20,000 nt of DNA, from NCBI GenBank assembly GCA_013239625.1, contig MU054212.1, positions 8,310,075-8,330,074 of the forward strand, given 5' to 3'. The notes under the pieces were generated by a model. That model worked only from the letters and a program-made list of their open reading frames with translations, made no database searches and was not told the DNA's origin. This document shows, piece by piece, positions 1-9,490 of the stretch. The first letter of the stretch is position 1, and each line of letters opens with the position of its first letter. The translations under genes were made by a program, and so were the position numbers. The stretch is from Lama guanicoe (Eukaryota).

Positions 1-29
1 AATTTGCACTCAGGAAACATCTATCACGG

Positions 30-215
30 GCCAGGCTCTTTACAAATACAATTTTATTGGGGTTTGTAAGTAACACTAATAGGTGTGTATTATCACCCCC
101 ATTTTACAGATGAGGAAACCGAGGTTCTTGAAAGTTAAGTAATTTGCCCAACATCCCAAACTGGTATACAGCAAAGTCAAGGCTAGGATAGCCCAACTCT
201 AAAGTACTTGCTTTT
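30..215 (-). mobile_element. MIR SINE
   Basis: Reverse-complement MIR core ccccattttacagatgaggaaaccgagg...aagttaagtaatttgccca. Confidence 0.85.
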
Positions 216-769
216 TATAAAAATTACAGAATGGGTTAATGCCCAGGACAATCTTGATTGATACTATAAATTAAGAATGATGTGAAAACGTTAGGAAAAG
301 GTCCTGGAGAACGGCCAGGATGAAGGTACAAACAAGGAAGAATTATTCTTGACTTTAAGTCACAAAGTTGTAAGACAGCACAAAGGAGAGAGAAATGGAT
401 TCCTTCACCCATTATCTCAGCAAATACTTGAGCTATGTGCTCCGCATTATCCTGAACAAACTCTCAGGATTAAAATGTCTGTCTTTAAAGGACTCCTGGT
501 TTAGTATGGGAAAGTGACAGGCAAACAGGCAAACACAGCGCAACAAATCCAAGGATGGAGCAAAGCGAAGTAGTACAAGGAAAGACACCAAGACCCGGGG
601 GAGCTGCCTGCCTGGGAGGAAACATCTCAGCGGAGTCTGATATGAGTGAGGCGCGTGAAGATGCAGAAGCAGGTCATTCAGGCAAGGACAGTGGGAATGA
701 GAGGATGTGGCCAACCGAGGAAACTGCAGGTGATTCAGAGAGGCCAGACTGTCACCTTGCCATGGCTCA

Positions 770-885
770 GAATCAGCTACCGAGCCTGGACCTCAGGACA
801 GACTTACTGAATCAGAATCTCCATGGCTGGAGTTTCAGTAAGTGCCACAAATGCTTCTGATGTGCAGCCAGGGGTAAAAACCCTG
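770..885. mobile_element. MER5A-like hAT-Charlie fragment
   Basis: agacttactgaatcagaatctc...ttctgatgtgcagccaggggtaaaaaccctg resembles the MER5A right half. Confidence 0.65.
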
Positions 886-1389
886 AGCCAGAGCCTGGGG
901 CCGAGTTAAGGAACAGTGAGAGAGGACAGACCTAAACACAGAGAAACCTGGCGGTACTTTTCTTCTTTATTTTGCAATATTTGAAAAGTGCTAAACTCAT
1001 CTCCTTAATTATTATGACAAATTACATTTAAGAAATCCCACGACAATACATCGTCAGACCTGTGCATCGTGTATGCAGCATTTACCAAAGGCTGTATCGT
1101 ACTGATGTGTGCTCTTTACTTAATGGTCACTGGTCAGTGTCTTGTATCTTGCCTTTATTTTCAAAATGTTTGTGATAGGATTTAATTTTTATTATAAATA
1201 TTGTGCCTCAGCAACTTGTTCTCCATGGGTGGCTGAAGGGAAGTTTCTCATTACGAAGGACTGTCGCTGTTCCTTCTCCATCTCCTTCACAAGTCCACCC
1301 TCCTCTACATCAGAGTTCGAGAGGTCAGCCTTAAGTCCACCAGTGTTCTCACTCCCTCCCAGGCAATCTCATCCTTACCTTGCGTTACC

Positions 1390-1830
1390 AGCCATCGCTA
1401 GTCTGGACCTCCCATCTGAGCTCCAGCCTAGTTTACCCATTGTGACTCACTTCCATCACAACTCCTCTTGAATTTCTCAAAAAGACCTCCAACTCAGCAC
1501 AACCATGACCACTTGATGATTCCTGCCATCCCAACCTGCTCTCCTCCCAGTGGTCCCCTCCCAGGAAGTAGGAACCACCATCCCCTGCACTGCCAGAAAC
1601 CTGGAAGCATCCCTAACGCCTCTTTCCTGTATTTATTGCAAATTAAGTCCTACTGACTCGATTTCCTCTCTCTAGAATCTGCCCTTCCCCATCTCTGCCA
1701 CAGCCATCTGCATTCCAGCAACTACCCTTTCTGTCACACTGCACAGTAATCCACAGTCTATTCACAGTGTAACCACAGTGACCTTTCCAAATGGCAAATC
1801 TCATCTTGTTCCTCCAACCAGTTTTAATAA
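1390..1830 (+). mobile_element. L2 LINE 3' region fragment (continues ~2030-2210)
   Basis: ctccaactcagcac...aacctgctctcctcccag...accaccatccc...gaaacctggaagcatcc...caaatctcatcttgt, typical L2 motifs. Confidence 0.7.
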
Positions 1831-1899
1831 AGCAAAAGCAAAAACAGGAAGAAAATCCTTTAGACACGGAGAGGCTCTCTTTGATTGTGCTCATCTCAT

Positions 1900-2015
1900 C
1901 TTACAGATGCCTGGGCGGCACCCCAGCCTGAGTCAGAACCTCCTGGGTGGCGTTATATACTTGTAAAATATTCCACAAGTGATTCTGCTGTGCAGGCAGG
2001 GTTGAGAACCCTGCG
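1900..2015. mobile_element. MER5A-like fragment nested in L2
   Basis: cagatgcctggg..cacccc..tgagtcagaa...gtgattctgctgtgcaggcagggttgagaaccctg. Confidence 0.7.
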
Positions 2016-2339
2016 CCAGCCAAGGAATCATGAGAAATGCACTCCTTCCCTCTCAGAGCACATCTCTCACTTTGTCAGTATACATGCTGTCGTGGGACTC
2101 CTGGGTTAACACCTGTCTTCTCCACGATTAGACTGTAAGCTGCATCAACGTTCTGGCTCACCACTTTCTCTCCATCACCCAATCCGAAGTATGAGAATCC
2201 AAAGAATGAGTGTCGCTACAGTCAAGAAAGGAGAGTTTCAAACAGGCAGTGGTCAACATCGCCAAATGCCTAATCAAGTCTGAAAAATGTCCCCGTTTCT
2301 CATACTGCAGGGAGGTAACAGCTCACAAGAAGAGCACCA

Positions 2340-2517
2340 GTCTTGGAGTCCAGCAACCCAACAATTTGGAATCATAGGGTAGCCTCTTACTAGCTGTATG
2401 ACCACTGAAACTTTCTGAGATTCTATTTCCTCTCCTAAAAATGGAGTTATAAATGCTTTCATTGCAGTGTTCTTATAGGAACTGGAAATAACATTAAATA
2501 CCTAGAGTAGTGCCGGG
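2340..2517 (+). mobile_element. MIR SINE, 5' part (3' part resumes 3067-3095 after the LTR insertion)
   Basis: ttggagtc...cttactagctgtatgacc...tttcctctcctaaaaatggag...tagtgcc; resumes as cttggcccagagtaggtactcaa. Confidence 0.75.
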
Positions 2518-3066
2518 TGTATTAAGCATGTCTTTTTATTCTGATGCTTTGACATCTGGGGCCTTGCTGATACTGGAAGGACAGCCCTTCCCAGGGTTAG
2601 CAGAATCTAAGAAACAGTAAAGTAGCCTGCAAGCATGTCTTTCACATGCAGACCAACCAATCCAGAACTGCCCCACCCCACCCCGCTGCCCCTCACCTCC
2701 TGTAAGGGGCTTTCACAGCCAGGGTAATCCTGGCCCTGCCCTAACCACTCCCTAGGCCAGGTGCCAGACAATTAGGGACAATCCCTATGCCTCAGAGCTC
2801 ACTGAAATTATTCAAACCAGCTCATCCTAAATCTGTTTACTTTGCCTCACCTGTTTCTTCCCACAGAAACCACCATAAACCACCTTCCTGCCCACTTTCC
2901 CCTCACTTTGCCTCCTGACTGACCTTGGTGCTTCACCACGTGGCTCTGTGGGACATGGCATGCCCTGCCCTCCTGGGAACTGTAACAAACTACCTTTTCA
3001 ATGGCAATCATCTCCTGACCTGTTGGCCTCACCATACCTGAATAAGAAACTTAACATTTTAAAACA
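2518..3066 (+). mobile_element. Solo ERVL-class LTR (MER74-like)
   Basis: Starts TGTATTAA, ends TTAAAACA; gatgctttgacatctggggccttgctga matches the recalled MER74-type 5' end; degenerate 5-bp TSD ccggg/cttgg (ancestral MIR cctgg). Orientation follows the recalled consensus. Confidence 0.75.
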
Positions 3067-3549
3067 CTTGGCCCAGAGTAGGTACTCAACAGACAGTAGA
3101 CACGGGGCAAGGAAAAGGTAAATTTCATGTCAGAAGACATTAGTTATACTATACGGTAAGTTTACTGGGGAAACTTACCAGCCAGGGGTGAGGAAAAGGA
3201 GCATAGGTTCCCTATCCTTCCAACATCCCACAGAAGGGAATTCTGGAGAGAGGCACTGGTATTTCAGGGGAGAGCTCCTTTTATCTTCTTGTAGTGTAAA
3301 TGAGAGAAAGCAGCCTTGTCAATGGGGGGCGTAAGTCAACTGCTTTGGACCAGAAGTGTGGATTTAAGTGCCAGTTGTTTATGGAGCTGCCTAGGGAACA
3401 CAGGTAGGGAACTGGAAGCCTGGGAGATGAGATTCTGGTCCCAGTCACCTCTTAGTTCAAGCAACCCAAGAACCTCCAGGGCACTTCTGGACAATCCTGC
3501 TGGCTGCAGTATAATGTATGGGCATTGTCTGCTTACTTAATTGTAACAG

Positions 3550-3795
3550 AAGACACTAATTGAGCTTTTATTATAGAGTCAAGCAGTGTCTACCAGTTAA
3601 GTCAAGCACTTAAAACAAGTGTCTTCAATCATTTCACCTTCACAGCAGTCTACGGCCTAGTCTAGATTCTTCTGTTTTACAGAAGAGAAACAGAGAAGTT
3701 ATGCAATTTGTCTCAGGTCACATAGATTCTAAGTGATGTAGTTTGGACTGTTTTGAAACCAAATGGTCTGATTCCAGAGTCCATACGCTTCGATG
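3550..3795 (-). mobile_element. MIR SINE
   Basis: ctgttttacagaagagaaacagagaagttatgcaatttgtctcaggtcaca...tctgattccagagtcca. Confidence 0.75.
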
Positions 3796-3879
3796 TGTAC
3801 TCTGCTGACCTGCCCTTTCACATCCGCCTCCCCAACCAGAGCCCTTTCTAAGAGAGCTTGTGTTTTTGCACATTACCAA

Positions 3880-4130
3880 TAACAACGTTTATTGAGTGCC
3901 TACTTCGGGCAGGCACTGTGCTAGGCGCTGATCAAAGACTCACACCACGGAACTTAAAAATAGTAGGAATCAGGTGTTAAAAAGCGCACAAAATTACCTG
4001 ATTTAATCGCGGTAAGAACTACAAGGGAGAGAGGCGAAAGTGCTCTGAGAGTGACAGGTAAAGAATCTAACCTAGACTGGGGAAGCCAAGAAGGAAGGCT
4101 GAGCCCGGACTCAAGAGCGAGCTCTGGGCC
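3880..4130 (-). mobile_element. L2 3' end
   Basis: tttattgagtgcctacttcgggcaggcactgtgctaggcgctg followed by diverged L2 body. Confidence 0.7.
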
Positions 4131-4189
4131 CGTGAAGTGGGAGGGAAGAGCCCATCAGCGCCTCTCTGACTCCTCTGCTAGCAGCCTGG

Positions 4190-4990
4190 CACACAGGAGG
4201 CGCCCCGTCAGAGCCTGCCGAGTCAGCGGACACCAGGGCGGGTGGAGGAACCCGCAAGCGGACAAACGCATGAAAGGATGTACGGATGGATGGGCGGGCG
4301 GACGGTAGCGTCGAGGAGGCGCGGCCACCCGGTACAGCCGCAGGCTCTGCCCGGGGCCGAGGCAGGCGGAGGCGAAGCGGCGGGGAGGGCCGAGGCCGGA
4401 CAGGGGTGGTTTGGGAAGCACCCGGGGCCGCGCTGCCGGACCGCCTCACTCACCCTTCGCTCCGGGGGCTGCGAGGACCCGCCCCAAACAGGGAGCCGAG
4501 CGGCCTCGGGCCGCGCGCGCCGGAAGTGGGCGCGGCGCGCCCCTCTAGGCCGCCGGGAGGACTGCAGCTCTGTGGCGGGCGCGCGGCGCTGGGTTCGGAG
4601 GACGGTGTGAGCTGCCCCGCGGGAAAGAGCGCATCTCCGGGTGGGACTTGGTGGGAACAGCCCGGAGTCCAAAACGGTTGACGGGAGACTGAAAGAGGAA
4701 AAAAGAAATAGAGATAGAGCTTAGTGTAGCATCAAGGAAATAAAAATAGAATCCATTGGCTGCCAACAGTGACAGTTCTAGACGCTACGGAGAGGAGTGT
4801 AGGGGAAGGAGCCCAGGCATGGCGAGGGTGCCAGGCGGAGATCGACCCTACCGCCGACTGCTAGGGCGAGCGTGGGGGGCCAGGGCCGAGCGGGAGAAGG
4901 TCAGTAGTGTACCCGCAGAACTCGCTACTCAAGCTTAGCGGTGCGTAACGGAGCGCAGTGTTTCCCACGTAGGGAGCAGCAGGACCGAGA
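4190..4990. promoter_or_regulatory. CpG island 1, probable bidirectional promoter
   Basis: Very high GC and CpG density; ETS/GABPA motif CCGGAAGTG at 4520-4528 next to a CGCGCGCG run; strong minus-strand donor AAGG|GTGAGT (intron starts 4453); possible plus-strand donor GT|GTGAGC near 4606. Confidence 0.8.
4454..4520 (-). other. Putative non-coding first exon of the head-to-head neighbouring gene (ZSCAN30 by recalled human synteny); 5' end approximate
   Basis: Consensus minus-strand donor (+ strand actcacCCTT, 4448-4457) inside a CpG island. No coding sequence of the neighbour is in the window, so identity rests on synteny alone. Confidence 0.4.
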
Positions 4991-5141
4991 GCACAGCGTG
5001 GGGAGTTCTGGGCACGCTGGTGAATTAGGAATGCATTTAGTAACAGTGCAAGCCATTTACATGGGAGACGGCCAGAACTGTACTGTGGGGCAGTATCTGA
5101 CAGTACTTTGTGAAGTACTCACCCTGATCCTTTAGCCACAG

Positions 5142-5814
5142 TGAGGACTGTATTGGCAAGCCGACTTGCTTAGAAAGAGACCCCATGGCCTATTCTTGAT
5201 TGCAAAATAGGTGAAAATCCAGTTTCCAGCAATGTGGGAGCCCATGATTGGGTTAACAAATTGTAACAGACCCCAGCCTCCTGTCTACTTTAAGAAGAAC
5301 AAATGTGCATAGTAACTGCTTTGCAAGCAGGCGCCTATGCGTCCGCACTTCTGTCTCCTTGCCATAAAAAGCAGAGACAATGCCTTGTTTGCATAGTTGA
5401 GGTTTTAGATAGCACTCTTCTCATTGCAAAGCAAGACCCAGGCCCTCAGCTATAAACACTGGGCTTGCCTGCTGTTAGATAGTCTATTATTCTCAAAACA
5501 AGGAACTGGCTGGTCTGGTGGTCTGCTTTAACATATCTATAAGAATGTATCTTGTTCCCCTCTGCCCATGATTTCCCTAAAGATAAACGAAGCCTGTGTA
5601 CTTATTGTGACTTCTGCAGTCTCGATCTTTCCCTAAATTCCTGCATTTCATCATACAACTGTTAATGATTTTTCCTTTGATTATACACAATAAATGTGGG
5701 AGCATTTGAGAGGCTCGTGAAGTTGGCTCCCAACTGCCTCTCGCCCCCTTGACTTTTTCCACAGAGTAGAGTAATTCATTCCATCTCGGTGGGACTTCTG
5801 CTGGTCAGAAGGCA
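5142..5814 (+). mobile_element. Probable solo ERV LTR (family not recognised; alternative boundaries 5262-5821)
   Basis: TG at 5142 and CA at 5813-14 flanked by direct repeat CACAG (5137-41, 5815-19); TATAAGA 5538-44 then AATAAA 5689-94 then a U5-like segment. Alternative start TGTAACAGA at 5262. Confidence 0.6.
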
Positions 5815-5860
5815 CACAGCAATTCATGGATTAATTGCTGAGCATTATTTATTTTCAGGG

Positions 5861-5975
5861 TAGTGGTTCTCAAAGTGTGGTCCCAGGACCAGGATCACCT
5901 GAGAACCTGGGCTCCCACATCAGACCTACTGAGTCAGAAACTACGGTGAGGCCCAGCAATCAGTATTTGAACAGA
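5861..5975. mobile_element. MER5A hAT-Charlie, internally deleted
   Basis: tagtggttctcaaagtgtggtcccaggaccag...atcacctgaga...cagacctactgagtcagaaact...gaggcccagcaatc. Confidence 0.8.
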
Positions 5976-6219
5976 GGCATGCCACTGCTCTGGGGGCAGA
6001 AATCAGAGAGGACAGGAAGAAAGTTAAAATGGAAGCGCACCAGCAAATCTTACTGATTTGGGGGGCAGGAAGGACGGGGAACAGATGAGAGAGAACTAAA
6101 GAACTCACTATGCAATCAGAAAACCTTCCCTGCCCCAGAGAGCTTTCCCGAAAGATGTTTTCCAACATTCATGTCAAGAACCGACAGATAGGGCCAGCCA
6201 GGTCCCTCGCTACACTAGG

Positions 6220-6720
6220 CTGGGGCCAGCTCCGCGGATGCTCAGGGGTTAAATCTCGGCATCTCCCCGCCCCCACCTCACCCTGCCGCCTCCCCGCGCG
6301 TGCGCACGTGCGAGGTCGCGTGCCACAGAGCTGCACAAGCCTCCCGGAGTCCTAGAGCGGACCTGGCGATGGCGGGTTTGCTGCGAGAGAGGCTTGACGG
6401 CGACCCGAGAACACATCGAGGTAGGGAAGGCGGAGGTACTCGCATGGTTTCCACTCCGGAGCGGCTTCACAGCGCCGCCAGAGAACCGTGTGCGGTTTCT
6501 TGAGTCCTTAGGAAGTCCAGGCCCCCAGGTGCGGCTCCTGGGCACTGCGAGCTCCTCGGTTCTTGGCCTAGTGTGCTTTCGGACCCGGTCTGCCCTTGCC
6601 CGGCCTGGGGTTCGCCTGAATGAGCACCAGAAACGGGGGGCGGGGAGATCCAGAAGCTGGGATGCGTCCACCCGAACCAGCGGACGGTGCTGAGAAAGGG
6701 CAACCTGGACGTGTGAGTGT
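6220..6720. promoter_or_regulatory. CpG island 2, probable ZNF271 promoter and 5'UTR exon
   Basis: GC box CCCCGCCCCC 6265-6274; NRF1-like GCGCGTGCGC 6296-6305 overlapping E-box CACGTG 6305-6310; YY1-like GATGGCGG 6368-6375; plus-strand donor CGT|GTGAGT (GT 6713-14); minus-strand donor CAGG|GTGAGG at 6281. Confidence 0.75.
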
Positions 6721-7235
6721 GGGAAGACCAGAAGCAAGGAAAGAGATCGTTGATGGTGGATCAGGAGTGTCATTGGTGTAGGAAAGACAGCGAGTAACTT
6801 AGCTCACCGACAGGACAAAATTCTACAATCTCCTCCCTGTCGTGTCTTTCCAATGATACCTTGATTTTGGTAGCATCAACCTCCTGGTTGTCTTTGAAGG
6901 TCTCTAGGCTGGGTAACGGAGAGTGCATGTCCTAGAGGACTGATGCCTGATTCCTGGATGATGAGAGAGGAAAGTTAGTAAGTTTGAGAGAAAAGCACTT
7001 GAAAATTAAATTGAGATTTTGTTTTCTCCTTACCTTCTTTTATATCTAGAGGATGTGTCTGGGGGTCTAGTGTCAGAAATTACATCTCCAGTCTCCACAA
7101 TGATTCCTTTCCACGCCCAGTGGCACCCAGCTGCCTCTAGGTCTCAGACTCCTACTATGTGGACAAGAAAAGCTTACTGAGGATATGGTAATTCTCCAGT
7201 TGCTCCCTGAGGTGTCAAGTGTCCGGTTGCAGTCC

Positions 7236-7284
7236 ATGGAGGGCCAATTCAATGACGAATCTCAAGAACACCGCCCTCTGTCAG
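7236..7284 (+). CDS. ZNF271: ZNF271/Zfp35 first coding exon segment (MEGQFNDESQEHRPLS + phase-1 G); possible in-frame upstream start at ATG 7185
   Basis: ATG in tccATGG context at 7236; 49 nt then donor CAG|GTGAGA (GT 7285-86). Phase 1 joins exactly to AT at 14545 to give D-G-E-T. Peptide resembles the recalled mouse Zfp35 N-terminus MEIQFSYESQDHHFLSDGET. Candidate acceptors: AG 7048-49/7050-51 after a long pyrimidine tract, and AG 7139-40. Confidence 0.85.
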
Positions 7285-7599
7285 GTGAGAACCAGTGTAT
7301 ATCTTTCTTAATGGTCTATGGGCGGTGGGGGATGTTGCCTTGCTACGTTAGTGTGGTCAAATGCTATTGGTATTCCTCCTTGCCTGCGCTTCACTATTTT
7401 AGGCAGTATGATCGTTTTAGTGCTCCAAGCCCGTGGCTTTATTGTGCATTCTGACAATCAAATTCTCCTGGAGTTCCTTTCTCTCTTTAAGCCACTAAAG
7501 TCATCCATTTTTTACACTACAGTCACCTTATCACCAGTCTTGTCAATGTTTGGTATTTCCCCTTTAAAATCTTTTCAAGTCATCTTTCTCATGTACTGT

Positions 7600-7751
7600 C
7601 GGGGCGTAATTAAACATTTTGGAATCGGACACCCTGTGTTCAGATACTGGCTTTGTCGTTTACCAGCTTCAATAAGTTAACTTACTTTTTTTTTAATGAT
7701 TGTTTCCACACTTTATAAGTGTATAATAACCTTGAAAGTTATTTTGAGGAT
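7600..7751 (+). mobile_element. MIR 5' part (3' part ~8230-8310), split by MLT1
   Basis: ttggaatcggacac..gttcagatactggcttt..tttaccagc..gttattttgaggat; resumes ...gagcacagacctggc..gtagtaaatt...tgaatggtagt. Confidence 0.6.
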
Positions 7752-8229
7752 TGTGTCTATTACTCCATAATAAAAGACCCCAAAACTTAATGACCTTAAA
7801 CATCAGACATTTTTAAACCATGTTATTTTCTTACGGTTCTGTAGGTCACCAACTTGGGCTGGGTTCAGCTGGGCAGTTTTTTTCTGCGATCACTATGCTC
7901 AACTAGGGTCAGGGTCTAGGTTGGTGTCAATCTTATTATATGTCCAGCTCTTGGTGCTGGCTGTGGTTTGGGTCCCATATCGCCAGTAGGCTAGCCCAGA
8001 CTTTTCTGGGGCAGCTAATTTCCAAAATCAGAGGGAGGGCAAGCCCTAGGATGTGTAACCACTTTCTAGACTGTGTTTGTGTTACGTTTGTTAATATCTC
8101 ATTGACCAAAGCCAAGTCAGCTGACCAGTTCCAGAGTCACTGTGAGAGAACTGCAAAAAGATACAGATACTGGGAGACAATGTATAGATGATACATTTGG
8201 AGTTCATGACTGCTCTAATAAACACCACA
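7752..8229 (-). mobile_element. MLT1 (MaLR) solo LTR
   Basis: ccccaaaacttaatgaccttaaaca...ggttctgtaggtca...gggctgggttcagctgggcagtt...attgaccaaagccaagtca...ccaca; TG..CA ends. Confidence 0.8.
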
Positions 8230-8437
8230 AGCACTAAGTGAAATCCCTTTATAAGGCTCTGAGCACAGACCTGGCTGGTAGTAAATTCTTTATGAATGGT
8301 AGTCACTGTTATTTTTAGTAAGATAATTTCAGTCTTGACTCTGTCCATATGTTCTGCAGGCTCTCATTTCTACATTGTATTTTACTGCTTTTTTATTTTG
8401 GTCCTCCCATTATTGCTGTTTTGCCTATGAAATTCAC

Positions 8438-8505
8438 GTTTTTTTTTTAATTGAAGAGTACTTAGTTTACAGTGTGTCGATTTTTGGTGTCCAGCATAAT
8501 GTTTC
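8438..8505 (-). mobile_element. Extremely 5'-truncated artiodactyl/camelid L1 3' end (68 bp)
   Basis: poly-T then aattgaagagtacttagtttacagtgtgtcgatttttggtgtccagcataatgtttc, the reverse complement of the L1 tail seen at ~9965-10030; flanked by TSD ATGAAATTCAC (8427-37, 8506-16). Confidence 0.85.
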
Positions 8506-8974
8506 ATGAAATTCACTTTCTGTTGTTCTTTTTTCTTGCTCTAAATCTTCTGACTCCCTTTGTTTTTGGAGCATCTTTATTTTATTCTGTTTATTTTGTT
8601 TCTGTCTCCTGTATTTGGAATTTGTCTTTCCATAAGAGTCTATTCTGAGGCCTCTAGCTCTCTTCTTTCCTGGGAATCACTGCAGAATTAGAAGTCATCC
8701 TTTTGGTTTTACATAAATTGATATACATATTATATGTGTTTGTGTCAGAATGTGTATAAAATAACTTTTTTTATGTTAGAGTAATATAATTGTACTAAAG
8801 TGAATTTATAAAATATAGAAAGGCACAAAACGAAATTTAAATAACCTACAACTCTGCTATCTAGAGCTAGTCACTGCTAACATTAATGTATCCTTCAAGT
8901 CATTTAATTAACTATTCAAATACTTACTGTTGATAAATGTTTATTAATAAGATTATAGCCTGCTAATTATTACT

Positions 8975-9156
8975 ATTAGTTATTGAGGGTTTCCTTTGTG
9001 CCAGGCACTTTTTTAAGTGCTAGGGATATAGCAGTGAACTGATCAGAGAAGCCTTTGCCCTCGGGGAGTTTACATTCCAGTAGGGGAAACAGGAAATAAA
9101 TAAATATACAGTATAGTATTAGACAGTAATTATGTTATGGAGAAAATAAACCAGAA
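8975..9156 (-). mobile_element. L2 3' end
   Basis: ttattgaggg..tgtgccaggcact..taagtgctagggatatagcagtgaac..tgccctcggggagtttacattccag. Confidence 0.8.
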
Positions 9157-9490
9157 TGTATCAGTCAGAGCTGCCCAATAGGAGTCTGCTAAAAGAAACA
9201 CAATTGCTTCTGACCGCTGGCCCAGCACAAAGGGAGCCAAGGTGTAGGGTGGCCAGCTCATCCCATTTTGTCTGAAATTTAGCACTGTAAGTCCCACATC
9301 CCAAGAACCCTCTCTGTTCGGGGCGGCCCAGGACATTTGTTACTCTACAATTCTCCTCCTGTTTTTGGCCACATCTAATTGCAAGCCAGAGGGCATGGAA
9401 CCTCAGATGATGCAGTCCATAAACTGCTGTCAGTCTCCTGGGGCACAGATCAGGGTTAACAGTAGGTCTAGAGAGGCGAAAGTCTATCCC
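9157..9490 (-). mobile_element. Ancient ERVL-class LTR (3' LTR of the adjacent internal sequence; LTR33/40/41-like)
   Basis: Begins tgtatcagtcag; gccagagggcatggaacc..gatgcagtccata..gtcagtctcctggggcacagatcaggg; directly abuts ERVL internal sequence. Confidence 0.6.
9245..9347. mobile_element. MER81-like hAT-Blackjack MITE nested in the LTR
   Basis: Terminal inverted repeats tagggtggcca...tgttactcta; internal ttagcactgtaagtcccacatcccaagaaccc. Confidence 0.75.

Noticed and set aside
433..860. 93-aa and 101-aa ORFs
   Set aside because: No recognisable domain; the longer one runs into a MER5A-like fragment.
4051..5135. Overlapping 60-150 aa ORFs on both strands in CpG island 1
   Set aside because: Arg/Pro/Ala/Gly-rich and domain-free; expected from stop-codon scarcity in GC-rich DNA.
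5431..5470. Imperfect inverted repeat gcaagacccag...ctgggcttgc around a TATAAA
   Set aside because: Short, imperfect and within a probable LTR; not enough to call a structured RNA.
6110..6773. ORFs up to 174 aa in CpG island 2 as real proteins
   Set aside because: Same GC artefact; only scattered, frameshifted SCAN-like motifs, reported as a possible fossil rather than a CDS.
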